A stretch of DNA of 64,000 nucleotides from an uncultured Bacteroidales bacterium (GTDB taxonomy: Bacteria > Bacteroidota > Bacteroidia > Bacteroidales > UBA7960). Positions 9,725 to 19,254 of this stretch are shown here, in pieces. Location: the NCBI GenBank assembly GCA_964491395.1, contig CAZBGI010000003.1, positions 39,971 through 103,970 on the forward strand. The letters run 5' to 3'. Under the pieces are notes generated by a model. It was not told where the DNA came from. It was given only the letters and a program-made list of their open reading frames with translations, and made no database searches. How positions within the stretch are numbered: position 1 is the first letter of the stretch; the number at the start of each line of letters is the position of its first letter. Both the position numbers and the translations under genes were made by a program.

Positions 9725-10663
9725 ATGAAATCAAAAAATATATTATTAATTGGAATTGTAGTTCTCCTGGCCCTGCTTGGCTTTAATTCTATTTTTATTC
9801 TCAATGAAAAACAGCAAGCAATTGTTACCCAATTTGGGAAACCCATTGGTGGAGCAAGAACAGAACCCGGAATAAATATTAAAATTCCTTTTATTCAAAA
9901 GGTGCAATATTTTGATAAAAGGTACTTAAAATGGGATGGCGATCCCAACCAGGTTCCTACTGAAGACAAGAAATTTATCTTTGTTGATACTTATGCACGT
10001 TGGCAAATAACCGACCCATTGCAGTTTTTTATTCGTTTGCGGGATGAATCCTCCGGTCAATCCAGGCTGGATGATATCCTGGATGGTGAAACACGAAATG
10101 CCATTGCCAGCCATGAATTACTCGATCTGGTGCGCTCAAGCAATCGTACGCCCGAGGTGTATGAAGACTATCTTGAAGATATGGAGGAACTGGAGGAAAT
10201 ATCTGTAGGTAGAGAAGAAGTTGAAGCTATGGTTCTGGAAAAAGCCAATGAGAGAACGGCAGATCTGGGTATCCGAATACTGGATTTCCGCTTTAAGCGC
10301 ATGAATTATGTGGACGAAGTAAGGCGCAATGTGTATGACCGCATGATAAGTGAGCGAAACCGTATTGCTGATCAGTTTCGTTCTGAAGGGCAGGGTGAAG
10401 CCCGTAGAATTGAAGGCGACAAAGAACGTGATTTAGCTCAGATTAAATCTGAGGCATTCCGTGAAGCGGAAATTATCAGGGGTAAGGCGGATGCCGAAGC
10501 CACTACCATCTACGCATCGGCTTACAACAAAAATGCTACATCCCGCGAATTATATACTTTTCTCAGATCGATGGAGACTCTGGAAAAATCTTTCGATGAG
10601 GAAACCAGTATTATTCTTACAACCGATAGCGAATTGTACAAATTTCTGAAAAGCACCCGATAA
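9725..10663 (+). CDS. hflC: FtsH protease modulator HflC (SPFH/band 7)
   Basis: 312 aa with an N-terminal TM segment and an SPFH domain. Paired with hflK. Confidence 0.85.
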   Translation: MKSKNILLIGIVVLLALLGFNSIFILNEKQQAIVTQFGKPIGGARTEPGINIKIPFIQKVQYFDKRYLKWDGDPNQVPTEDKKFIFVDTYARWQITDPLQFFIRLRDESSGQSRLDDILDGETRNAIASHELLDLVRSSNRTPEVYEDYLEDMEELEEISVGREEVEAMVLEKANERTADLGIRILDFRFKRMNYVDEVRRNVYDRMISERNRIADQFRSEGQGEARRIEGDKERDLAQIKSEAFREAEIIRGKADAEATTIYASAYNKNATSRELYTFLRSMETLEKSFDEETSIILTTDSELYKFLKSTR

Positions 10664-10674
10664 AATTGCATCAT

Positions 10675-10716
10675 AAAAAAACAGGTGAGATTCATCAAAT
10701 CTCACCTGTTTTTTTT
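10675..10716. terminator. bidirectional rho-independent terminator (hflC / LutA-like gene)
   Basis: An 11-bp stem ACAGGTGAGAT / ATCTCACCTGT with a 7-nt loop, flanked by an A-run upstream and a T7 run downstream. Confidence 0.75.
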
Positions 10717-10856
10717 GTGGGATAAACACCCTATACATTATTTCCGGATTTGAGTCTGTAATGAATACAAGTTTATAACAAAGCCGGAGAGAACCGGATG
10801 ATCATCCTTCTAGCCATCTTGTGAGAACGATTCGGAAGTGTTAAGATTGCCACCCA

Positions 10857-11579
10857 TTATTCTCTTTTTACCAATACATCGGCAATATGGAGTACTTTCA
10901 GGGGCAGGTTATTTCTGCTTATATAACTTTGTATATGCATCAGACATGATGCTTCTGTGCTGATGATGTATTCAGCACCTGTTTTGAGCGCATTTTCGGC
11001 CTTTTGTTCGGCCATGGCAGTGGCGATGGCTTCATGTTTTACCGAGAAGGTACCTCCGAAGCCACAACAAACATCAACATGTTCCATTTCAATGATTTCA
11101 AGTCCTTTTACCCTGGAAAGTAACCGGCGGGGTTCATCTTTCAGCCCGTATTCCCTGATGGCAGCACATGAATCGTGAATGGTTGCTTTGGCTTGAAAGG
11201 AAGCTCCAAAATCCTCTGTTTTCATGTGGTTTACAAGGAAATCGGTCAATTCAAATATTTTTCGCCCCAACTGCCGGTTGGGATTGTGCCAGGCCGAGTT
11301 GTCAAACATCCCGTTGTAGTAGTTTTTTACCATACCCACGCATGAGGCCGAAGGACCTACTACCAATGGATAATCCATGAAATCTTTGATGAATTTTTCG
11401 GCTACACACCGTGCTTCTTCCCAGTAGCCTCCATTAAAAGCCATTTGACCGCAGCATGTTTGGTTGGGATTGTAATGTACTTTTACCCCAATTTGTTCCA
11501 GCAATTTTACCATATTCATGCCGGTTTGAGGGTAAACCTGGTCAATAAAACAAGGAATAAAAATACCTGCTTCCTTCAT
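10857..11579 (-). CDS. (Fe-S)-binding CCG-domain oxidoreductase, LutA/YkgE family
   Basis: It has two cysteine-rich CCG motifs (CCGQMAFNGGY and CCGFGGTFSVK) and is colinear with B. subtilis LutA as recalled from memory. The ATG at 11579 (MKEAGIF...) is preferred to the TTG at 11588. No lutB or lutC is adjacent. Confidence 0.75.
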   Translation of the reverse strand: MKEAGIFIPCFIDQVYPQTGMNMVKLLEQIGVKVHYNPNQTCCGQMAFNGGYWEEARCVAEKFIKDFMDYPLVVGPSASCVGMVKNYYNGMFDNSAWHNPNRQLGRKIFELTDFLVNHMKTEDFGASFQAKATIHDSCAAIREYGLKDEPRRLLSRVKGLEIIEMEHVDVCCGFGGTFSVKHEAIATAMAEQKAENALKTGAEYIISTEASCLMHIQSYISRNNLPLKVLHIADVLVKRE

Positions 11580-11734
11580 TTTAAACAAAATTAAATTCTT
11601 TTCTGTATTGGGATGGACTCCGTAAGACCAGCAACAAATTTACATTTACTTCATTTGCTTCATCGAAATCCTGTTATAGGGATGTGACAAGCTTATGGGA
11701 ATCAGAATGGCTGCCATTTACCGGGTGATACATA

Positions 11735-12481
11735 TTACTGATTATAAGTCATATATTCTCGCTGTCTGAGTACTTCAAATAACACAATTCCGGTGGCCAC
11801 CGAAACATTTAATGAGCCGATTTGTCCCCGCTGTGGTATAGAGATACTCTTGTCGGCCATGGTAATACATGCTTTTGAAATACCCTTCTCTTCCGATCCC
11901 ATTATAATAGCCAAAGGCCCCTGCAACTTGCTTTCATACAGATTGTGGGCTGCTTTTTCGGTGCAGGCTACGGTATGAATGCCGCTCTCTTTCAAGAAAG
12001 CAATGCTTTCCATTAAATCTCTTTCCTTGCATACCGGAATTCGGGTAAGTGCTCCGGACGATGTTTTGATGGCATCGGCATTTACCGGTGCACTGGATTT
12101 TTCGCCCATAACAATAGCATGGGCTCCGGCACATTCAGCGGAACGGGCTATAGCTCCCAGGTTGCGTACATCTGTAATCTTATCCAGCAATACCAGCAAA
12201 GGCGTTTCTCCTTTTTCATATATTTGAGGAAGAAGCATTTCCAGTTTATGGTATTCTATTTCAGCTGTTTGCGCAATCACTCCCTGGTGATTCTTACGGG
12301 TAATACGATTAAGTTTCTCCTGGGGTACCATCTGGAAAGGAATCTCTTTTTCACGAATCAGTTGAAAGAGTTTTTGGAAGGTAGCCCCTTCAAGGCCTTT
12401 TTGAATAAATACTTTTTCGGGTATTTTTCCTTCTTCCAGAAGTTCTATGATAGGCCTGATGCCAAATATGTAGTTCTCCAA
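11735..12481 (-). CDS. rlmB: 23S rRNA (guanosine-2'-O)-methyltransferase, SpoU/TrmH family (RlmB-like)
   Basis: 248 aa with an N-terminal SpoU substrate-binding region and the methylase motifs LDKITDVRNLGAIARSAECAG, IIMGSEEKG and SLNVSVATGI. Confidence 0.8.
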   Translation of the reverse strand: MENYIFGIRPIIELLEEGKIPEKVFIQKGLEGATFQKLFQLIREKEIPFQMVPQEKLNRITRKNHQGVIAQTAEIEYHKLEMLLPQIYEKGETPLLVLLDKITDVRNLGAIARSAECAGAHAIVMGEKSSAPVNADAIKTSSGALTRIPVCKERDLMESIAFLKESGIHTVACTEKAAHNLYESKLQGPLAIIMGSEEKGISKACITMADKSISIPQRGQIGSLNVSVATGIVLFEVLRQREYMTYNQ

Positions 12482-12519
12482 TTTTTATTGTTTTAAAGTA
12501 AATAGTATAAGGTTGTCGA

Positions 12520-13791
12520 TTATCTTCTCCATCTGTCTACTGCATGGTTCCAGTTTCTGCGGTAATCTGATTTTCTTTCAAGTCTGTAATGATTGTCAGA
12601 CAGGATGTTATCGATTTTTAAAAAATGAAATTCAGCTCCGGGACTGTTAAATCCCTCAATATAATGCCAGGTTTCTCCATCGTTTTGATGAAAAACCATA
12701 TCCGGTGGTCCAAAAATAATATAAATCATGCCTTTGTCTGTCTGCCAGCCAGGTACAAATGAACTGAACAAAGCATTGGCATCCTCAACTCTTTGGTTAT
12801 AGCGTTGCATCAATGTGGTGGCCCGCTCAGGATTACCGGTACTTTTTGCCCAAAACCTTTCAGCAGCCAAATGAGCGTCACCCAGTGAAAACAATGCATC
12901 AAATTCATGGCTTGAAGTGATGTATCTCAGGGGGAATAAGAGTGTGTCATTGTCAGGAAGATGAGGAAATCCTTTCCAGAAGCTTTTGATCGAAAAACCT
13001 AATTCTGGATCGCCGGGTTCTGAGAATCGGTATAATCCATTCCCCGGCAATTGAATGGATGCTGCTCCCCCGGAAAAGTCAACCTGGTATATCGAATCGC
13101 TTGTAAAGTGCAGTTCTTCTGCTTCTTCATCTTTATTTTCGCCGGGAGTGACATACGGTGCACCGGGGGTTTCGTTTATCAAAGAGAAACGCTGCACTTC
13201 CAGGGAGAAATCTTTATCCTGGGCGTGGGTAAGGATAAACTCTTTTTGCGGGTTTAAAAAAAAGGGTGGGTGATGCATACTGCTGTCAGAAACAGCCGAT
13301 AGCGAAAAAAAAGCTTCAGATAAGATGCTTTTCTTGTCTGTTCTGACAAGAAAGTTTTCTGTTAACCTTCTGTTTATATCTTCAAACAAGAAGAGAAGTG
13401 TATACGATTTTCCCGTGGGAACAGCAAGAGTAAACTCATTTTCTACACTCCTGCTCTCATCAAGGTACAAAGTGTCAGTAAAGCTATGTTCTTGTGTGTA
13501 AAGATGTCCTCCTTGATCATAAGAATCATACAGTGAAACTGTGATTTGATAACCGGCCAGGTAAAAATTTTCCCGGGCATCACGTACATACAGAAGCTGG
13601 TCGGCCGGAACTTTAAATTGTACAAGACTCAGTTCTTTGTCAATATGGGAAACAAGATAGGATACATTTATGTTGCTTTTTTTTTCATGATATCCGTGCG
13701 CCATGTTAACATGGCTGATACGGGTAACCTTACTGCAGCCGATGAGCAGCATCATGTTGATAACAAGCAGAGATATAAGCTTTAGCTTCAT
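12520..13791 (-). CDS. GWxTD domain lipoprotein
   Basis: 423 aa with lipobox LIGCS. A literal GWQTD motif sits in FVPGWQTDKGMIYIIFGPPD near the C-terminus. Confidence 0.6.
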   Translation of the reverse strand: MKLKLISLLVINMMLLIGCSKVTRISHVNMAHGYHEKKSNINVSYLVSHIDKELSLVQFKVPADQLLYVRDARENFYLAGYQITVSLYDSYDQGGHLYTQEHSFTDTLYLDESRSVENEFTLAVPTGKSYTLLFLFEDINRRLTENFLVRTDKKSILSEAFFSLSAVSDSSMHHPPFFLNPQKEFILTHAQDKDFSLEVQRFSLINETPGAPYVTPGENKDEEAEELHFTSDSIYQVDFSGGAASIQLPGNGLYRFSEPGDPELGFSIKSFWKGFPHLPDNDTLLFPLRYITSSHEFDALFSLGDAHLAAERFWAKSTGNPERATTLMQRYNQRVEDANALFSSFVPGWQTDKGMIYIIFGPPDMVFHQNDGETWHYIEGFNSPGAEFHFLKIDNILSDNHYRLERKSDYRRNWNHAVDRWRR

Positions 13792-14013
13792 TGTACAAAG
13801 ATAAAGATTATGTTCATCAGATGGTTGTTATCTTGGTTAAATGCAAAATAATTTATTCAATTAACAGAAAAAAAGTGAAGTGAAGCAGCCTGATAAAACG
13901 CTTCCCCTTGATAACAATTCAGGAGGATTTACCTGCTTATAAAACAGGATGCTGAATGAAATCGTCTGTGTTTTTAGTTGAAAATTGCGTAATTTCCGCA
14001 TGGTTTTTTTTGA

Positions 14014-14021
14014 TAGTTTTG
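14014..14021 (+). promoter_or_regulatory. candidate Bacteroidota -7 box (TAnnTTTG)
   Basis: TAGTTTTG matches the TAnnTTTG consensus, 20 nt upstream of ATG 14041. I found no clear -33 TTTG. Confidence 0.3.
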
Positions 14022-14040
14022 GTCAAAATTATTTATAACT

Positions 14041-14949
14041 ATGGACAGAGACGAAGTATTGGAAGCCATTGAACTGGCAAAAGAACAAAAACTAAAGAAG
14101 TTAAGCCTTTCGAACAGGGGGATTACCGAATTGCCTCCTGAAATAAGCAGATTAAGTCATGTGCAGAAGTTGGATCTTTCCTACAACAATATAAAAAAGC
14201 TACCCGATGAGTTTTGTCATCTTACCAATTTGAGTTCACTCTACCTTAATCACAATGAATTGGATTTCCTGCCTGAGTTTTTTGGAAATCTCACTCATCT
14301 GACCAACCTTGACCTTAGCAACAATAAGATTGCTCAATTGCCCGAGAGTATTGGGAATATGAATAATCTTGTTCATCTTGATCTAAGCTTTAATAGCATA
14401 AAAAAGCTTCCGTTGAGCATGGTCAACCTTACCGGACTCAAAAAGCTCTATCTTGAAAATAACCCAAGCGAATTTCCCCCTGAAAAAGTTATCAAGAGGG
14501 GGTTGTATGCCACCATGCATTTTCTTTTCGGGGAAATCCGCAAAAAGGAAAGTGCAAAGGTAATGATGCAGGTTTACAATATGCCAAGGGATTTGATTAC
14601 TCCTTTTACAACGTATATTGAATGTTTTAATGATCTTGTTTCTTCGGCCAATGATCAACTCATTAATTTCGATGTTAAGTATATTAAACAGGATTTTACA
14701 ACCAATGTAGACGTTGACATAGAGATGGAAAAATACCTGCTTGACTTTATGAGCTTTATTAAATCCAACATCGGCCAGAAAACATACAGTGAGTATAAAA
14801 AGGAAGGAAAAGGAATGATGGCTTTGCAATTGGCTGATTTGAGTCAGCAGCTCATGGGGGTAAGCAAATCGCTCAATGAAAAAATGGACGAAATGAAAAG
14901 CCTTCAGGAACGGATTGAAAAACTCACTGCAATTATAGAAAAGGGATAA
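14041..14949 (+). CDS. leucine-rich repeat protein (cytoplasmic, six 23-residue LRRs plus coiled-coil tail)
   Basis: Six in-register repeats of LxxLxLxxNxIxxLPxxhxxLxx span residues about 18-155. No signal peptide. The C-terminal approximately 140 aa have no family I recognise. Confidence 0.85.
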   Translation: MDRDEVLEAIELAKEQKLKKLSLSNRGITELPPEISRLSHVQKLDLSYNNIKKLPDEFCHLTNLSSLYLNHNELDFLPEFFGNLTHLTNLDLSNNKIAQLPESIGNMNNLVHLDLSFNSIKKLPLSMVNLTGLKKLYLENNPSEFPPEKVIKRGLYATMHFLFGEIRKKESAKVMMQVYNMPRDLITPFTTYIECFNDLVSSANDQLINFDVKYIKQDFTTNVDVDIEMEKYLLDFMSFIKSNIGQKTYSEYKKEGKGMMALQLADLSQQLMGVSKSLNEKMDEMKSLQERIEKLTAIIEKG

Positions 14950-14959
14950 GCGGAATTGC

Positions 14960-16684
14960 TCAGAAACTGGAGATGTATCCCACATGAACCTTTGCATTAC
15001 GGAGTTCCGGCGATACATCTTTTTTAAAACCCAGTGCCAGGTTAAGGGAAAAAATACCGGCCCGGGTTTGAAGATTGATACCCGTGCCAAACCCCACGGG
15101 AAAATCGTTGCTTGGGTTATCTGAGCTTGCTTGCCGATACCATCCCCCGGAGGTGAAAAAGCTAAAGTAACTTTGCGGATCGGTAAAAAACCGGAATTCA
15201 ACATCTGCAAAAGAATAAGCTGAAGCAAGAAGAGACAATTCATCAAAACCGCGAAGCGTTTGAAATCCTCCCAGCCGGAATAATTGATTAGGGGGGAGGT
15301 TTTTTCCATTGATAAATCCGGAACGGCTGCCCACCAGTAATGTGGCCCTGCTTCCTGTTTGCCATCTTTTTTCAATATGCGACAACAGGTTCACCCGGGT
15401 GGTTCGCATTTGTGTTTCATCATATACATTGTCGGGCAGGTTATCGTTGCGTTGGATGCTTTTCATGCCGGCCGATGCCGTCAAATTTACCCTGAAGCCT
15501 TCCTGCATTATTTTCCTGAAATATGCGCTTGTGCTGTATCTGTATTCCAATCCATAAAGATTCATTGTGAAATCAAGGTTGGGTGAAGAATTCTCAGGAT
15601 ATTGCCGGATCTGGGTATTGATAAGGTTGTTGGTCGTATTATGCCAAAACACTCCCATTTTGCTGCCGGAGGATAGGGGAAAAAAGAAGGCAGGTTTTAC
15701 CTGTACTTGCAACCAGCTGGAGTCTTGTTTGTGAAGGGCAAACATCATTTCTGTTTCCATGGGAAGCCTGAAAGGGTAGGGGTAGCTGCCCTGAAGGCTG
15801 AGAATCTGGGTCCCTGAGCCCGGGCTTTGCCATTGCATGTCAATTTTCTCTCCCATTCCCATGGCATTTGATAAATAAAGGTTCAGCATCCCGGTAATCT
15901 GAAAGGAAGCTTCTGGATCTGACCCTCCTGAAAATCCGGCAATGCCATCAAACCTGTTGGAGGGGATGTTTGTGAGGGGAACAAGTAATGAAGCTAATCC
16001 TGGCGAGAAACTCAACTGAAGAGGGCCTGTTAATTCTGCATATTCCAATTCCTGAAGTTTTAGTTCGGCTCCCCGGACCCATTCTTCATTATAAAGGTTT
16101 CCTGCTTCAATACCCAGGAAATTTTCTAAAAAATGGCGATTAAGGTTTGCATCTCCGATAATACTGATGGTATCGAAAAGAACTTTCTCCGAAGGATTGA
16201 CTTTCAGGTCCAGCCAGATAACATCTCCTTCAATTTGCACATTTTGTTTTTCTATGCGGGCAAAAGGATGCCCCTTCCGGGCATAATAATCAATGATACG
16301 TTCTGCTTCTGCATCAAATTCTTCAAAGCTTACCGGTTCCGATTGGGCAAGATGGTTAACGGCTGCCCCAAAAAGTGCACGATCGCCGATAACCAGTTCG
16401 TTTATCCTGTAATGATATTGGGTGCCCGGGGAAATATAGATTACAAACTCCTTTGCTTGTCTTACGATGCTGTCTGTGGTTGCCAGCAGATAGCCTTTGT
16501 GCTGAAAATGAGAAATCTTTTCTTTTGCAAATAAACCTGCCTTGCGTGTGTTGATGCTGTCGTTTGCCTGAAGGCGAAAAATTTCCTGCCGTTGCTGACT
16601 CACTGTTTGCTGGCCTTTGCTCTGCAATACTGCTACCAGGCAAAGCAACACCCACAACGCAATATTTGAAAGAAAGCGAATCAT
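14960..16684 (-). CDS. Omp85 (BamA/TamA/ShlB-like) family outer-membrane protein with POTRA region
   Basis: 574 aa with a signal peptide and a POTRA-like N-terminal region. The C-terminal half is beta-rich and ends in the aromatic beta-signal ...VGYISSF. Confidence 0.6.
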   Translation of the reverse strand: MIRFLSNIALWVLLCLVAVLQSKGQQTVSQQRQEIFRLQANDSINTRKAGLFAKEKISHFQHKGYLLATTDSIVRQAKEFVIYISPGTQYHYRINELVIGDRALFGAAVNHLAQSEPVSFEEFDAEAERIIDYYARKGHPFARIEKQNVQIEGDVIWLDLKVNPSEKVLFDTISIIGDANLNRHFLENFLGIEAGNLYNEEWVRGAELKLQELEYAELTGPLQLSFSPGLASLLVPLTNIPSNRFDGIAGFSGGSDPEASFQITGMLNLYLSNAMGMGEKIDMQWQSPGSGTQILSLQGSYPYPFRLPMETEMMFALHKQDSSWLQVQVKPAFFFPLSSGSKMGVFWHNTTNNLINTQIRQYPENSSPNLDFTMNLYGLEYRYSTSAYFRKIMQEGFRVNLTASAGMKSIQRNDNLPDNVYDETQMRTTRVNLLSHIEKRWQTGSRATLLVGSRSGFINGKNLPPNQLFRLGGFQTLRGFDELSLLASAYSFADVEFRFFTDPQSYFSFFTSGGWYRQASSDNPSNDFPVGFGTGINLQTRAGIFSLNLALGFKKDVSPELRNAKVHVGYISSF

Positions 16685-17374
16685 TCAGGGGCTGTTAAGG
16701 TTCCAGTCAATGGGTTCCATATTGTGTTGCATAAGATATTCGTTGGTAGCGGAGAAATGGCGGCAGCCAAAGAATCCTCTTGATGCAGACAAAGGGGAAG
16801 GGTGCACCGCAGTGAGGACTTTGTGCTTTGAAGTATCAATAATTGCGGTCTTTTGCCTGGCATAATTACCCCAAAGGATAAAAACCAGATTCTTCCTTTT
16901 TTCCGACAACAGTTCAATGGCTCTGTCAGTAAAAATTTCCCATCCCTTTTTCTGATGAGAACCGGCATGGTTGGCTCTTACCGTGAGGGTCGCATTCAGA
17001 AGCAATACTCCCTGGCGGGCCCATTTTTCAAGGTTTCCATGGCCGGGAAACGCTATCCCGAGATCAGATTTCAACTCCTTAAAAATATTGATAAGAGATG
17101 GGGGAGGAGCGATGCCCGCTGGAACAGAAAAGCAAAGCCCGTGAGCTTGCCCGGGTCCGTGGTAAGGGTCTTGTCCAAGAATAACAACCTTTACCTTATC
17201 AAAAGGGGTTTGATTTAAAGCGGCAAATATTTGAGGGCCTGGCGGATATACGGTATGTTGGGTTCGTTCTGTTATTAAAAACTCTTTCAACGAAGGGAAA
17301 TAGGATTTTTGAAATTCCTCTTTTAATACCTCTTTCCAACCTGATTCCAGTTGTGGGTTAATCTCCTGAACCAT
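16685..17374 (-). CDS. ung: uracil-DNA glycosylase
   Basis: 229 aa with [18 protein letters not shown] and HPSPLSA, the family 1 UDG motifs. Confidence 0.95.
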   Translation of the reverse strand: MVQEINPQLESGWKEVLKEEFQKSYFPSLKEFLITERTQHTVYPPGPQIFAALNQTPFDKVKVVILGQDPYHGPGQAHGLCFSVPAGIAPPPSLINIFKELKSDLGIAFPGHGNLEKWARQGVLLLNATLTVRANHAGSHQKKGWEIFTDRAIELLSEKRKNLVFILWGNYARQKTAIIDTSKHKVLTAVHPSPLSASRGFFGCRHFSATNEYLMQHNMEPIDWNLNSP

Positions 17375-17376
17375 AA

Positions 17377-18747
17377 TTATTGCTGGTTTTGAGTAAGCTG
17401 TTGGGCCGTTTTTTCAAGATCTAACTGTCCGAAATCTCCACTGCTCATAAACAGGAAGGCAGCATTTGCCTGTTTATGGGAGAGAATTTTTTTCTGCAAT
17501 TTATTGGCATCGATGATTACTTCCAGGTTATCTCCTCCGAATGCGTCTTTTATATCACGGGGATCAACGTATGGAAGTCTTTTTAATTCCAGAGCATGAG
17601 GATTGTAATAAACAATGGCATTATCGGCATCCTGCATGGAGTCTTTGTATTGAACCAGGAAATCTTTGCTTAAACTGCTATAAGTATGCAACTCCATCAC
17701 AGCAATAAGCTTTCTTTCCGGAAACTGCTCTTTAACGGCCCGGGTTGTTGCTTTCAGTTTGGAAGGGGCATGCGCAAAATCTTTGAATACCACGGTGTCT
17801 TCAGAACTGCTTAACAATTGTAATCGATTGCTTGCTCCCTGGAAACTTGTAATTCCCTCCATAAACATCGTATCGGTAACTCCCAGCTGGTTGCAGACTG
17901 CCATGGCTCCTGAAATGTTGAGCAGATTATGTTTTCCGAATACTTTTAACGGATAAGTCAATTCATTCTGATGAATCACTGTTATGCCATTTTTAATTTC
18001 ATGCTGTGGGTATGTATATGGATACAAAAGAATATCTTCCTGGGTTTTTCCCTCACATAACTCTTTTAAAACAATATCTTCCTTGCAATAAATCAGTTTT
18101 CCGTTGGGTTTGATCTTGTCAATAAAAATTCTGAATTGTTCCAGATAATTCTCAAAGGTAGGGAAGACATTGATGTGATCCCAGGCAATACCGCTCAATA
18201 AGGCAATGTGTGGTTTGTATAAATGAAATTTAGGGCGTCTGTCTATGGGCGAACTAAGATATTCATCTCCCTCCAGGATAATAAATGGTGCATCATCAGT
18301 AAGTTTGACCATTACATCAAACCCTTCCAGTTGTGCACCTACCATGTAATCGGTGTCTATGCCATGATACTGAAGTACATGCAAAATAATGGACGTAATA
18401 GTTGTTTTGCCATGACTCCCGCCAATCACTATCCGGGTTTTATTTCTTGACTGGTTATATAAAAATTCGGGGTAAGAAAAAATGGCCAGCCCTAGTTCTT
18501 TGGCTTTAAGCAACTCAGGGTTGTCTGCTTTAGCATGCATGCCAAGAATCACAGCATCCAGTTCGGCATGAATATGCTCAGGGTACCATCCCATTTCGGA
18601 AGGAAGGAGTCCATGATTTTTAAGTCTGCCGCGGGAGGGTTCAAAAATCTGATCATCTGAACCCGTTACCTTGTATCCTTTTTTATGGAGTGCAATGGCC
18701 AGGTTATGCATGGCACTTCCCCCAATGGCAATAAAATGTACGTTCAT
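17377..18747 (-). CDS. mpl: Mur ligase, UDP-N-acetylmuramate:L-alanyl-gamma-D-glutamyl-meso-DAP ligase (Mpl)-like
   Basis: 456 aa with N-terminal [12 protein letters not shown]...VTGSDD and P-loop GGSHGKTT. Length and N-terminus fit Mpl better than MurC. Confidence 0.7.
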   Translation of the reverse strand: MNVHFIAIGGSAMHNLAIALHKKGYKVTGSDDQIFEPSRGRLKNHGLLPSEMGWYPEHIHAELDAVILGMHAKADNPELLKAKELGLAIFSYPEFLYNQSRNKTRIVIGGSHGKTTITSIILHVLQYHGIDTDYMVGAQLEGFDVMVKLTDDAPFIILEGDEYLSSPIDRRPKFHLYKPHIALLSGIAWDHINVFPTFENYLEQFRIFIDKIKPNGKLIYCKEDIVLKELCEGKTQEDILLYPYTYPQHEIKNGITVIHQNELTYPLKVFGKHNLLNISGAMAVCNQLGVTDTMFMEGITSFQGASNRLQLLSSSEDTVVFKDFAHAPSKLKATTRAVKEQFPERKLIAVMELHTYSSLSKDFLVQYKDSMQDADNAIVYYNPHALELKRLPYVDPRDIKDAFGGDNLEVIIDANKLQKKILSHKQANAAFLFMSSGDFGQLDLEKTAQQLTQNQQ

Positions 18748-19029
18748 ATATATTTTGTAGTATCTTTTCTAACGGTTAAAAAAATAAATCATCTTCTGTG
18801 CAACGATTGAATAGGTTTACGATGCAGGAAAAATGAGCCGGATGTAAATTTTTTGTAAAGTTAGTGTAAATTGTAAAAATGTCCTTTGATAATTTTTTAT
18901 TCTGAATAATAACATATTTCAACATGTATAAAAGTTCATTGAAAGAAATTTACCTCTGCATTGTGGCAATCCCTTATAATACAATGATATTTACCGTGAG
19001 ACACTGATTTTATCTTTATCCAATTTTAC

Positions 19030-19037
19030 TAATTTTG
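19030..19037 (+). promoter_or_regulatory. candidate -7 box (TAnnTTTG) inside the 507-bp mpl/MBL spacer
   Basis: TAATTTTG matches the consensus. It lies about 110 nt upstream of the terminator-like hairpin at 19150-19218. Confidence 0.25.
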
Positions 19038-19149
19038 CCCTGAGTTTGATAATTGCTTATCTGAAAACAAGGTATTTGGCATTCCATGTAGCATTGCGAT
19101 GTTGTAATGTGTTTTAATTCAGATACTTATAAAGCAATAAATTCATTGT

Positions 19150-19218
19150 AAACGAGTAAATTCACATAAAAAGGATTCACAACCTTTGGTTGGTTTATGA
19201 TGCCTGTGCTCGTTTTTT
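19150..19218 (+). terminator. terminator-like structured element in the leader of the MBL hydrolase gene (attenuator or end of a small RNA)
   Basis: Outer stem AAACGAG / CTCGTTT, CACA / TGTG, inner hairpin CAACC-TTT-GGTTG, then a T6 run (19213-18). It lies 37 nt before ATG 19255. No plus-strand gene sits upstream. Confidence 0.35.
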
Positions 19219-19254
19219 GAAACATAGGTTGTTAAAATTGAGTATAAACTTACT

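Noticed and set aside
8724-10663. HflK/HflC considered as part of a novel membrane-microdomain or defence module
   Set aside because: It is a canonical paired SPFH hflK-hflC arrangement with its own terminator. There are no NfeD, effector or unusual neighbour genes.
14383-15375. A 330-aa minus-strand ORF spanning the 3' half of the LRR gene (antisense) and the 3' end of the Omp85-like gene (out of frame)
   Set aside because: Its translation is rich in F, W, C and H, with no motif, signal or domain-like pattern. It fully overlaps two ORFs that have clear family signatures. I treat it as a chance shadow ORF despite its length.
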